The notes under the pieces were generated by a model. The model had not been told where the DNA came from. It made no database searches and was given only the letters and a program-made list of their open reading frames with translations. The position numbers and the translations under genes are program-made. Below, piece by piece: positions 1-10,271 of a DNA stretch of 64,000 bases (the stretch's first letter is position 1; each line of letters opens with the position of its first letter). The stretch spans positions 372,001 to 436,000 of the forward strand of contig NIVC01000272.1 of assembly GCA_002269645.1 (NCBI GenBank). Direction: 5' to 3'. Source of the DNA: Macrostomum lignano. Its lineage: Eukaryota.

Positions 1-1216
1 CTTGCTTTGAACTACCGTCTGTGCCGCCAGAGCGGTTTGGAATCGCTCTGCGAGTGTTTTAGCCTGGTGGAAATCGTTGCTCGCCGATGTTGTAATGCTT
101 AAGGCACAAGCGGCAGATGGTAACAGCCTCGTGATGATTATTCAACTGCTTGTGAATGAGTCTTGAAAGATATCTAATCCAAACATAGTGAGCCTCCTCT
201 AGTAAATTACCAATCACTAGAATATCGACCTCAGTCCGCCTTTTCCCCTCAGGATCTAAAACGTCTTTGCTACATCTGACCGGTTGAACTATCTCAGTTT
301 TTTCACTCCACTTAAAGACTGTGATTCTAATTTTACATTAGTTAGTTCGTTAGTTATTAAACGTTTCTTCTAGCTTTGGGATCTGAGAGATCGCCAAGCC
401 TCCTTTGTCAAACCTGATTCCCTTCTTTTCGCATTCGATGAGATAGTACGAGCTAGTTGAAATAATTCTGATAATTTGTGGTTCTTTCAAGGTGGTGAGG
501 GACACTACCATGAAGAAGTGCAGAAATAACTGCCCATAAAGCACAACAATTGTCTTTATTTTTAACATTTATGCAAGCTTTTTTGCCGGCTAGCTTTTGC
601 GGGAGCTCTATATAAGACGAGGCTTTAAGTGGGTCATATTTCATGACCATGACAGTCGCTCTTTGAATCCCACGACCCATCCGGAACCTCTGGATGTAAA
701 CGCTTCAATTTTCTTAGTGACATCTTGAACGAAAGGATCCAGTGTGTCTGTAGGGGTGAATGGCTTTGCCTTTGTTGTCATGTAATACTCGAGATGCTCA
801 GTGGGTTTTGCAGGCATATAAAACGCAATCTTGAATGATATCTGTAGTTTAAAGGCCTTGCGGGTTTTGACTGTGTGATCAACAACTGATTGGATGCTGT
901 CTTTATAGTCGTAGGTGTTTGCGGTGGTGCCGTTGGTGTCAGTAATTTGGTTGGTGTCGTTAATTGGGATTGTGTACTCTATATAATGTTCTGTAAACTT
1001 CCTCTGTGACAATTTAATCTCTTCAGTTGCAAGCTCCGACTCTTTTAAATGGATTAATTGCTCTAATTTCTCTTGTTCCTGCTTATTTTGTGGGTACTTT
1101 GCTTTTTCACCAGTGAGAGTTTCGTATTTGTTAACTAAGTTGCGACTCCTCTCTTGGTGTTCCTTCTCAGGATTTTTTATAGGCGCATACTGGTTCGATT
1201 TCCAACTGTTTTTCAT
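1..1216 (-). pseudogene. polB: Polinton/adintovirus protein-primed DNA polymerase B, N-terminal part, frameshifted; runs off the window start
   Basis: Successive fragments carry Polinton pPolB N-terminal motifs: FTSRGSGW (641-1216), KASSYIELP...KKACINVKNKDNCCALWAVISAL (453-680), and by my translation of ~90-240 HYVWIRYLSRL...ICRLCLKHY. Confidence 0.85.
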
Positions 1217-1508
1217 AGCTTCCCAGGTGACCAGGGTCGGTTTTAAACTTTTGTTTACATGCTTCTCTTAGTAAATTACTTTTGTCTTGAAATGAGACGC
1301 CTTTTGAAAAATATTTTTTGACTAAATCTTTTGCTGGATTGGCTTTTGGCATTTTTTTCTCTAAAATAAAAACATTTTTGAGGGTGACCACCCTGATAGA
1401 AAAGTTGAACTGTTTCTCCATCTTATAAGTAGCGTTAGGTTTATGAAGCTGGAAATTAAACCTCATAACATTCACATTCACATTCACATCCGCAATTTTG
1501 CAAACCAA
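1167..1508 (-). CDS. hypothetical protein of the Polinton segment
   Basis: 113-aa ORF co-oriented between the pX-like and pPolB genes; no motif recognised. Confidence 0.3.
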   Translation of the reverse strand: MVCKIADVNVNVNVMRFNFQLHKPNATYKMEKQFNFSIRVVTLKNVFILEKKMPKANPAKDLVKKYFSKGVSFQDKSNLLREACKQKFKTDPGHLGSYEKQLEIEPVCAYKKS

Positions 1509-1620
1509 GCATTGTGCAGTGTCATGATGGCTTTGACAATGTCAGACTTGCTTACAGAATTTTCATGCTCACAATAATCACGATCATCACAATCAGGACA
1601 GCCCTCTCCTGCCTTAATTG

Positions 1621-1833
1621 TTATACCTTTGTCTCTTGCAATCTTTGCAATTCAAGCTGGTGGGCTCTATCATTCCCAGCTTTAACAGCAGTTGCTACAC
1701 CTCCAGCTACACCACCTGCGGCACTTACAGCGCCTGAAATGATCGGGATAAGAGCTGCTAATGGTAGGATTCCTCCTGACTTTTCATCTGTGATGCTGTG
1801 TCTTTGCTCATTACACTGAACTATTTGCCGCAT
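1621..1833 (-). CDS. adenovirus pX-like small hydrophobic virion peptide
   Basis: GGILPLAALIPIISGAVSAAGGVAGGVATAV resembles the C-terminal GGILPLLIPLIAAAIGAVPG segment of adenovirus pX; lies within a Polinton gene set. Confidence 0.6.
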   Translation of the reverse strand: MRQIVQCNEQRHSITDEKSGGILPLAALIPIISGAVSAAGGVAGGVATAVKAGNDRAHQLELQRLQETKV

Positions 1834-2142
1834 GGGATCGATTTTAACTTTGACACCTTTAACTGATATAAGACCTGGTTTCTTTGATTCAATGATTTTA
1901 TTGAGTTTATTGATGGTTCTGGTTTAAACCGATGTCATTTTTTATTTTAATATTTTAATTAATTTCTGTGTCGGCTGGTATCACTAGGAGTTCAGCTCTA
2001 GTAAATGACCGCGTGGGGGATTTAGGGTTAAAGGCCTGAGATAAAAAGTAATACTCTCCAGAGTCGGAGGTAAAATGTCTGTCTATTTAATGCACATCAA
2101 TGCTGAAGTATGGATCTGTAGCTCTTCTTTTGGTGTCTTTCT

Positions 2143-2960
2143 CTAGCTCTCCAGGTAGATATAAATGCGTAGAAACTCAGAGTTTGTCAGTATGTATGGT
2201 GATTCAACTCCTGGAAGCTTAGGGTAGTTCGAGGTGTATATTGTGTTGTGTGTATTGTGAGACGCCTTAAGTTCGACAGTGACTTGTTTAATTGCATGGG
2301 ACGGTTTCAATTCAGTCATGCGTGTGACTTCATTGTTCAGTTTCTCTATAACAGTGGGGAGGCGGTCTGTCCACTTGGTAAAGTACTGCCCCGCACTTAG
2401 TTTGAGTTCTTGCGCTGTCTGCTTAGTGAATAGTCTCTTGGCTAGAGGTAGATTGAATCTCTCAACGTACGCTTGGTCTCTGTGCAAGTTTGTTCTGCCA
2501 TAGCGAATCTCTGTATTTTTCTTTTCCATAAGGGATTTGACTGCCCCAAAGAATTCCTTACCCTGATCGGCCATGAACATTTCTGGATAGGTTAGAGGAG
2601 AGGTTTTATAGATATCTTGCAGTGCGCTGGCAACAACCTCTGACTTCTTCGTCTTGAGTGGGCGAGCTTCCTTATATCTGGAGGCAATGTCTATAACTGT
2701 GAGAGCATACTTGTAGCCTGAGTCATTGGGGAGAAACAAAAGATCTGCTTGGTGCGCCTCATTATGTTTATAGATGCTAAAGTGAGGTCTTGTAAATTGA
2801 ACAGGTGGGAAATAGACTGGTAGACTGCTTGCTTAGAGAGCCACTTTTCTACTGTAGCTTTTGGTTCCTTACTTAGTTCTGCGAGTTTGGTGACTGAATT
2901 TTTTCCTACAAAGAATCCTTTGTCGCTGTAGTAGAGCTTTTGAAGTTTCTGATCTGTCAT
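2143..2960 (-). pseudogene. int: Polinton retroviral-like (rve, DDE) integrase, frameshifted near 2740
   Basis: N-terminus MTDQKLQKLYYSDKGFF...VEKWLSKQAVYQ, then YKYALTVIDIASRY, MADQGKEF, QAYVERFN. Confidence 0.9.
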
Positions 2961-2988
2961 TTTTAAAAATAAATTTTTAAATAAAATA

Positions 2989-3300
2989 ATGCAACGCTCT
3001 GGTGGTAACATAGATTCACATGGACTGATAGAAAAGCTTCCTCATCCAAACAAAGGCTGGACAATTCCCGGCTTCAAATATTGCAGGCCTTTGAATCCAC
3101 TTGAAATACAGTTAGATAAAAACAATAATCCAAATCCTGGGCATGAGCCTGTGAACGAGCTAGACTCTGTCTGCATGTGGCACGACGTTAAGTATAGGGA
3201 TAATCCTGAGGAGAAGAATCGCTGGGATAAAGAAATGCTTAGGAGATTAAACAATATGGGACTTCAAGCGGATTTCGCGAGTCTATTGCTAGGAAATTAG
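2989..3300 (+). CDS. parvovirus-type phospholipase A2 (PLA2-like) protein of Polinton
   Basis: IPGFKYCRPLNPL...PVNELDSVCMWHDVKY matches the YCGPG / LDxxCxxHDxxY PLA2 signature; the Ca-loop G appears replaced by R. Confidence 0.75.
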   Translation: MQRSGGNIDSHGLIEKLPHPNKGWTIPGFKYCRPLNPLEIQLDKNNNPNPGHEPVNELDSVCMWHDVKYRDNPEEKNRWDKEMLRRLNNMGLQADFASLLLGN

Positions 3301-3849
3301 TCAAGGCGGTTATTTCTGGAAAGTCTAAGTTAGGATTAGGAATTGGCGCCGAGGATGTGTGTTTGGGGAGAGAGGGTGGGTGCACGGGGAGAGAGGGCGG
3401 ACGCTCGGGAGCAGAGTTTATTTTGTGCGCTCCTAACAAGGAACTGGGAAGACTTTTGAAATATATGGGGGTAGAGAGAGACGCTTGAGTCGGGAAGGGT
3501 TTAAAAAAGACTCATCGATATTAAATTTTAATAAGTGAGAAGCTTGGTTCAATATTTTATTTCATGGTAATAAATAAAAAACATTCATACAAAGTTGTTC
3601 AAAGTTACGTATAATAATTTGCTTATTTAATTCATCCAGTTATTATTACATTGAAAACTACCATGAGTAGGCTTAGCTTCGAAAAAATTCTAAACACTTT
3701 CCTGGATCTCCAGGATTTTTTTCCAGGATTTTATCAATGTAAGCTACTCATAGTAGTTTTCTAAACACTTTTCTGGATCTCCAAGATTTTTTTCCAGGAT
3801 TTTTTTCCAGGATTTTATTAATGTTAGCTACTCATAGTAGTTTTCAAGG

Positions 3850-4642
3850 TAAAATAACAGGATGAAATTTTTTAGAGCGTCCTCGTTCCCTCCTTCAAAC
3901 ACGATGGCAATATCGGTCTTCATCTTGAAGCAGAAGTTGTCGTCCTGCTCCGCCTCTTTCTCGATGGCTCTTTTGTATGTGAGCAGCGACTCGAACGAGT
4001 ACCCAGAGAAGACTAAATTTGGGTACTTCCTGATGAAATCGTGGAGGTGTACAGTCGTTTAGCGAACTTGGGGTCGATGTCCAGTCGCTTGGCGGCTCCT
4101 TCTGTTGAGAGACCGAGTTGGTTCTTCATTGTTGCTACGACCTCCGCTTGTTTTTTCCTGGCCAGACAGCTGAGCACCTCCAAGTCCCCAATGAAGGACT
4201 CTAAACTGGCGAACTGCGTCAACATTCCGTTCAAATCCGTTTGAACGTCGGCCAAGCATAACGCTTTAGCGTTGTAGAAACTAAAAAAGCAATAACATGG
4301 AATCATAATGTAAAATATGTTTCGCTTTCTAGAAATCATAAAAGCCTTAAGTAATTTAAATCACGTTTTAACCAAGTCAAGGATTGCAAATAATACGAGC
4401 TAGAATAAGCAAAAAAAACTTACGGCGTCTTGATGTCGATCTGCTCTTTTTTAATTTTTTTGAGACTCTCTTTTAGATGCGCTATGAAGCGTGCTTCTCC
4501 GCGCACCTTGTCATTACTGGAGCGCTTGGCCTCGTCAGATTTCTTTTTTTCAACGATTCACGATTGATTTTTTGCAAGCATTCAAACAGTGAGGCCTGCT
4601 CCTCTTCTTTAATGGCGGCTGTTGTTTCGCCTTCGAATTCAT
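3850..4642 (-). pseudogene. unknown spliced gene, disrupted; homologous to 32640-33540
   Basis: ATG at 4642 with TATATAAA about 90 bp upstream; GTAAGT donor near 4424 and TTTTTAG acceptor near 4283; downstream segment DFIRKYPNLVFSGYSFESLLTYKRAIEK. Confidence 0.4.
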
Positions 4643-4989
4643 GACAGAAGAGAGCAAGGTGAGGCTAGGCGAGGCGGGGCGAGTCAGGGCGGGGCGAGGC
4701 GAGTCGAGGTGGGGTGTGAATCGGCTGTTTATATACCCTTGGTGTGGGCTCGGAAATCCATGGATTCTCTTCTTATTCTATAATATTCTAGAATTCGAAT
4801 TCTAGAAGGGAAACCCGCAGATTTTCTATTTATAGGCAGTATTTTCTATTAATGGTGTATTGGGGTTGCCAGAGCAGAAAGAAAAAGGAAAGCACGTGTG
4901 GAACGCATGGCATGGGTTTTATTTTTAGAACTTACGTCTACACTCTACAAGGTACAACCTTGTAGTTGGCAACTACAACTGTCTTATTC

Positions 4990-5170
4990 TGTCTTATTCT
5001 TATTGTCTGATTCTGTCAGGGATAATATGGATGGATTTGGGTGGATTATTTTCGAAGTTTTCGGAGCAAGTGCAGCCCTTTTTCTGATTCAGGGATAATA
5101 TGGATGGATTTAAGAGGATTATGTTCGAAGTTTTCGGAGCAAGTAGGACACCTGTTATGCTCTAGGACAC
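4990..5170. repeat. dispersed repeat with internal ~80-bp tandem unit; second copy at ~30740-30910
   Basis: CTGATTCTGTCAGGGATAATATGGATGGATTT...TTCGAAGTTTTCGGAGCAAGT occurs here (about twice) and at 30761-30850. Confidence 0.8.
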
Positions 5171-5498
5171 CTGATATATCGAGGGAAATTCAAACGTAAC
5201 AATTGTCAGCATAAGCAGTGTTTGTGGGTACAATGTGTGTTGTAGTGGGTTAAGGTTAATGTTTTTGTGGTTAGATTATATAGCGTTGTAGCTGGCTTCA
5301 AAAATTTACTTTCGTTTGGTCTAGTCTTATCGCTAGAGTATGCCGCCCTGCTGTGAGGCTGCATTAAACAAGGAGCATACCTGTGGGTGAAGGTGCCTCA
5401 AGGATGAGGCGGATTCGTATCGCACCGATTCGCTACAACCCTAAGGCAGGGCTTCATTCCTTGTATTATCCTTTTTGTTCTCTTGCAGCTGGGCCCGC

Positions 5499-6644
5499 CT
5501 AGTACCTCAAGGGTCCAGGTTGGGGCCTTCTGCTGCAGTCAACGCTATGAAAAAGTGAGGCCATTGTAGGTTGGCCGGTGAATGCGAGATTGTGGTTATC
5601 GGTTGCCGTTCCTTGGGTTTGATTTCGAGGCCGTGATAATTCAAGGCGTTGATAAGATACGTGATTAATACGTCCGCTTGGAGTGATAGTGTGCTGGTGG
5701 GTCCACGAGGATGAATTAGAGTGTTCGTCAATCGGCGTTCCCACACTATGACACGTAAACAAGAGAACGCAGACTTATCGTCGTAGAGGAAAAAGAGTGT
5801 GGTGTTGAATTTCAAGATAGAGTAATCAGAGAGTAACCAGCGTGGGTCTTTAGGATCTACCAGGATGCGTCGCGTAGTGAGGTGTGTTACAATTTTAGCA
5901 GGTATTTGTGGCATGTCAAGCATCTGTTGGTGAGTCCTATCTTACTTAACTGTCACTGGGTCGTCTACTTCAAGTAGGATTGTCTGCTCCTAAGCTACGA
6001 TTTTCCCCTAAAATTTTCTAACTCACGTAATTTCTTAGAAATCTGTGATAGCGTGTAGTGCCTGAGCGGTAAGACACTGTCTAATTTCCTAATTAAGTCA
6101 TTACATGACCTAAATATTTTAACTCGCTGTAAAATAAATTGCACTTCTTAGCTCTTAATTTCAGTCCTACACTAATTGATCTCCGAAATACCTCTCTGAG
6201 GTGTTCTAAATGCTCTTCAAACTGCTTAGAATAGGTCACTATGTCATCTATGTATGAGATGGCATATTTATGCTGAATACCAGTCAATACTAGATTCATA
6301 AGCCTTTGAAAAGTACCTGGGGCATTAGATAAGCCCTGAGCCATAACTTGGTACTCAAATTGACCTCTTGTTAACGTTGAGAATGCAGTTATAAACTTAT
6401 CTTGCTCTTTTATCGGGACTTGCCAATAACCAGAATTCAGTTCAAGGCTGCTAAAATATTGACTGCCTGTCAAATGTGAAAATGTCTCTTGAATATTTGG
6501 CAGCGGATACGGAAAATAATTCACTCGTGAATTAAGCACTCTAAAATCACTAACTATTCGAATAGTACCATCTTTCTTGGGTACAATTACTAAAGGTGTT
6601 GTGTAAGTCGAATAGCATGGCCTAATTAGATTTTTGGCTAACAT
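5499..6644 (-). pseudogene. pol: decayed Ty3/Gypsy pol (RT domain plus degraded downstream part)
   Basis: PLVIVPKKDGTIRIVSDFRVLN, LELNSGYWQV, MAQGLSNAPGTFQR, YIDDI, KYLGH; the following frame has several stops. Confidence 0.9.
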
Positions 6645-7620
6645 TTAAGAGTTTGGTCGGGTGGTGATCAGTCACCCGAAAACTCCCACTTCCAGAAACT
6701 TAAGCCTGGGAACAAAATCAGTGATCACTTACTGTTGCGGGCTCCTCTTCTTTGTCGCGCGTGTCTGTAGAGATCGTCTCCGTAGAGCTGTTCCTCCCGG
6801 GGAAATACTGCAATTAAATCGACGTTGCAGTATTTCCTCGAGTGCCGAAATCATTGTATTCCTCAAGAGCAAATCAATATCAACGATACGCCCTAATAAC
6901 AAAATCAACTTCTATAACAGCACGAGTTCCTCAAAATAGGGCGTCTTCTTCTAGAACTAACGGAATCGGAGTCGTGTGCTCCTATCGGTTAATCTAGGAT
7001 AACCAAAATCAATCACTCAATAATTCTCTAAGGGTATCAGAATCGGTTTGCAGATCCTATCCAATCCCTTAGGAAAACGGTGGCCTCAAACTCAATAGTC
7101 TCAATAAAATCGACTGAACAGTAACGGCCGGCAATAACAATCGCTCTCAATAACCAAAATAACGAAGACTTGAACAAGCTTACCAATTGCTGTTTATCTC
7201 TTCCTCAGAGATATGGCCTCGTTTGGCTGCTCTTGCAAAGCTCAAGATCTTTGGAGGCTGCTCCGAGTCTGAGATTTCAGCTCGGATTTTGCGTTTGTAT
7301 TTATACACAATTTGTCGGCCTTGAGCTCAAAACCGATTTTTTATGAGTTCACGAAAGGAATTTTATTGTTTGACAGGTGGGGTTTTTGAATAGAAATGGG
7401 TGAGACTTGGGTCACATTCAGGTTAAAATTTACCATATTTGGAAGTTCAAAAAATAGATGTCGAGGACCGGTTTTTCGGACAATAGCATAGTCACTCGCT
7501 GTTTGCGTGATATTACTGGTAATACTATAAATAGAGTATGACACATAGCTATTTTTTAATTTGTGTTCATAATTTTATGTTACTACTTTTAGTAGGCTAC
7601 TGTGTTTGGAGATCTCTACA
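6645..7620 (-). mobile_element. 3' LTR of the RING-carrying Gypsy element (copy 1)
   Basis: On the minus strand begins TGTAGAGATCTCC immediately after a PPT and ends ...ACTCTTAA (ACTCTTCA in the copy at 39738); alignable with 39738-40862. Confidence 0.75.
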
Positions 7621-7634
7621 ATATCTCCTTTTTT
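7621..7634 (-). other. polypurine tract (PPT)
   Basis: AAAAAAGGAGATAT directly before the TGT LTR start; same arrangement at 35241-35255 and 40863-40875. Confidence 0.7.
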
Positions 7635-7915
7635 ACGAAAAATTCGTCCCGAATTTTAATTGAAGTGAAATTCACGCAAAGTAACTTTACTTAAATTCAA
7701 TTTAATTTAATTGAAGCGTTCAGAGGTACAGGCTTGTATTTATTTTAGGTATAGAACAATGAGAAGTGGCGACCGGATTATATAGTGGAGGCTAAATATT
7801 GTAGTTTACGTAACGAGCAAGAAGCAATAAGCCATACGGGCATAATAATTAGTGAATTAAGTACTGCCTATAATAGAAGTAGTTCATAATGTTGGGTGTA
7901 TAACTAGTTCGTCAG

Positions 7916-8512
7916 TTAGGCGAAGATGTCGTTGATGGCCGATTTCAGCCGAATTATGAGCGCCGCGAGAGGTCCAAACAGGATCTGCAGTTGGGTATAG
8001 CTGGGTTCCTCTGTGCGATTGAGGATGGCGAGGTAGGCCTCCGTCTCGCTAGTAATCGTCGCATCCAGCGTTATCTTCCGGCTGATCCGCAGCAGATTCT
8101 CCCGGGCCTTTGCGTGGGCCATTGTGACGGGCCATGTTTTTATAGCCCGCGTCAATTCCGTCGTGGTCAGCCTCGGAATGCAGCCGGCGTATATCCATAG
8201 AGTAGGCTCGTAAGGTATTGTAGATGTGATGGCAAGGGTGGTCGATAGGAAATTCCAACCACATTGGATACAGTGGCCGATAGCGCGACAAGCGAGAAGT
8301 CGCAGGCAGTCATTCCAAGTCCAATGACCGTCCGGGCACCATTTTACGAGCGGTAGTTGGCCGCACAGGATGCACCATACCCTGTCCTGTCGACATATTG
8401 GGCAATGGTGGATTTCCTCCCTGGCGGCACAGTCCCGGCAGGCCATATGGCCCCAGGCGCAGGTGGAGACCATGGCGCGCGCCTGATCAAGACAAATGGG
8501 GCACTCAGACAT
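7916..8512 (-). CDS. tandem RING-RING zinc-finger protein, paralog A (cassette 1)
   Basis: CPIC-x-CAWGHMACRDC-x-CPIC followed by CILC-x-CPDGH...CIQC and a shared helical C-terminal domain (IKTWP...EAYLAILN). Confidence 0.85.
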   Translation of the reverse strand: MSECPICLDQARAMVSTCAWGHMACRDCAAREEIHHCPICRQDRVWCILCGQLPLVKWCPDGHWTWNDCLRLLACRAIGHCIQCGWNFLSTTLAITSTIPYEPTLWIYAGCIPRLTTTELTRAIKTWPVTMAHAKARENLLRISRKITLDATITSETEAYLAILNRTEEPSYTQLQILFGPLAALIIRLKSAINDIFA

Positions 8513-8850
8513 GATAGTAGAGGTAAAAAGGCAAAATATTAGAGTATGGAATACTAGGAATTATAGAAAGATGTGTGAGGGTGGAAGTTGTAAGTGAAAT
8601 TCGCGTATATATATATATATATATATATGGCTACGTATCGCGTTTTAATTGGTTCGTTGGCACTAAGCAATCTTTGAAGAAAAAAAATAACACGTTCCTT
8701 CGAGCGCCTTGCCGCATTGGTATATAGGTTTCTTGGTTTATAGTATCGTTGGGGTAGTCGGATGGTATCTTAGAGGAAAACGTAAATAGAGGCATGAATT
8801 TTTTTTTATGAAACCACGTTCTTAGCTAACTAAGATTGTACTGTGAATTG

Positions 8851-9443
8851 TTATGTTAGGTAGAATATGTCGCGTGTCAGTTCTCGTGTTTTTTGTGTGA
8901 GGCGTGCCATGGGCCAAATCATATGTTGTATTGCCACATATTCCGTGCATTCTGTCGCATAGAGGAAGTCAAGGTAGATTTCCTCGGTTGTGGTGTTGTC
9001 CGGGTGTATGACACAATGGCGCATTAGGTCGAACAAATACTCTCTGTGTTGCTGACGGTTGAACGGTATCGGCCATGTTTTTATTGTCAGTGCTAGCGCC
9101 CGTGCGGTCATGTGGTCCATAGCTTCTTTAGTTAGCTGTATCGTCGGCAGGTCGTCTCGTGTTTGGTCCCAGAATTCCGTCGTGATGGGTGTCGCACAAG
9201 TGATGCAATTTGGACTGTTGGTACGCCGGATATTGTTTGCACACTTTCGGCACACCCAATGTTGATTGTGGCATAGTTTTATTCGAGGTGTCGTGGCACA
9301 TACTTGGCACCGGGTGGCTGGCGCTCGACATAACGGGCATTTATCGATCGCATCTGTCGTACAGCAGTGATAGCAAAATTGATGGCCGTTATGACAGTAA
9401 ACGAATGGCTCGATGTCCTCTCGCAGCAGACGATACATTCCAT
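8851..9443 (-). pseudogene. tandem RING-RING protein, paralog B (cassette 1), frameshift just after the start
   Basis: ATG at 9443 (MECIVCC), then EDIEPFVYCHNGHQFCYHC...CPLCRAPATRCQVC...CHNQHWVCRKC...CITC. Confidence 0.85.
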
Positions 9444-9468
9444 AACTGCAATATTAGGAGCATTATAA

Positions 9469-10163
9469 TTATATCGCCCTATAAGATATAATTATAATTA
9501 TATCTTCATCGTACATATCGCCCTGCCAATTTGTCAATTCACTGTGCTTTAATAACATAGTTAGATCCGCATGTCGCTTAATAAGTATGGGGAGTATAGC
9601 GCAATGAAATGGGAGGCATGGTAATTCGCATGTTGATAGGTATCGTAAAAGACGTTGCTGAATACGTTGTAACGGGAAGAGTATTAGTTGGTGTCTATTA
9701 TGATGTGCGTACATAACGAGGTGCACATATGCGGAGCGAGAGTTTCTAGGAAATGGCCAATCGTCTAGTCGGCGAATAACATCTATTGGAGCGAGTTAGT
9801 ACGCAATGGTTTCAGACAATTGAACCGTTTGTACCGGTTGTATACGTAGGGGTTGATCGCGCATTTGTACTAAGGGAAAGGCATCGCATCTAGGGCACAT
9901 AAGCAGTTTTCGAGCGGCTAGTTTCTTGGTACACTGCATGCATAGAAAATGTTCATTTGTACAGAACTTTCGGGTGCGCCATGATAAACAAATCATACAT
10001 TGTCGTAGAGCGCCACGACACATGGGGCAGGCTTGCCAGGGTTGGATATGGTGAGCATCACTTAAGCAGGATCCGCATACGTGGTGGTTATTTACACATA
10101 TACACGGATGTTTCTTGGTGAGAGCATCGTCTAGACAGACAGGGCATTCGAATGTGTTAGCTA
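9469..10163 (-). pseudogene. tandem RING-RING protein, paralog C (cassette 1), disrupted
   Basis: Start codon is ATA; fragments 9796-10023 and 9469-9726 are closely similar to the intact 222-aa ORF at 42624-43292. Confidence 0.85.
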
Positions 10164-10271
10164 TTGTTGCGTTTCAAGTTGCTATGGAATATCTGTTGAG
10201 TCGCCTCTTACGACAAGCACAGATAAGCTGTGGACTTATTCTTTCCCGAGTTCCACACGGGTGTGAGTGAG

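Noticed and set aside
7580-7596. TACTAC...AGTAG motifs (also ~35195, ~40817, ~32200) as Polinton end junctions
   Set aside because: They lie inside the Gypsy LTR U3, a few tens of bases from the TGT start, with no Polinton sequence adjacent.
7916-10163. RING genes as ordinary host E3 ligase genes
   Set aside because: Intronless, in fixed order between the integrase stop and the PPT/LTR in several copies.
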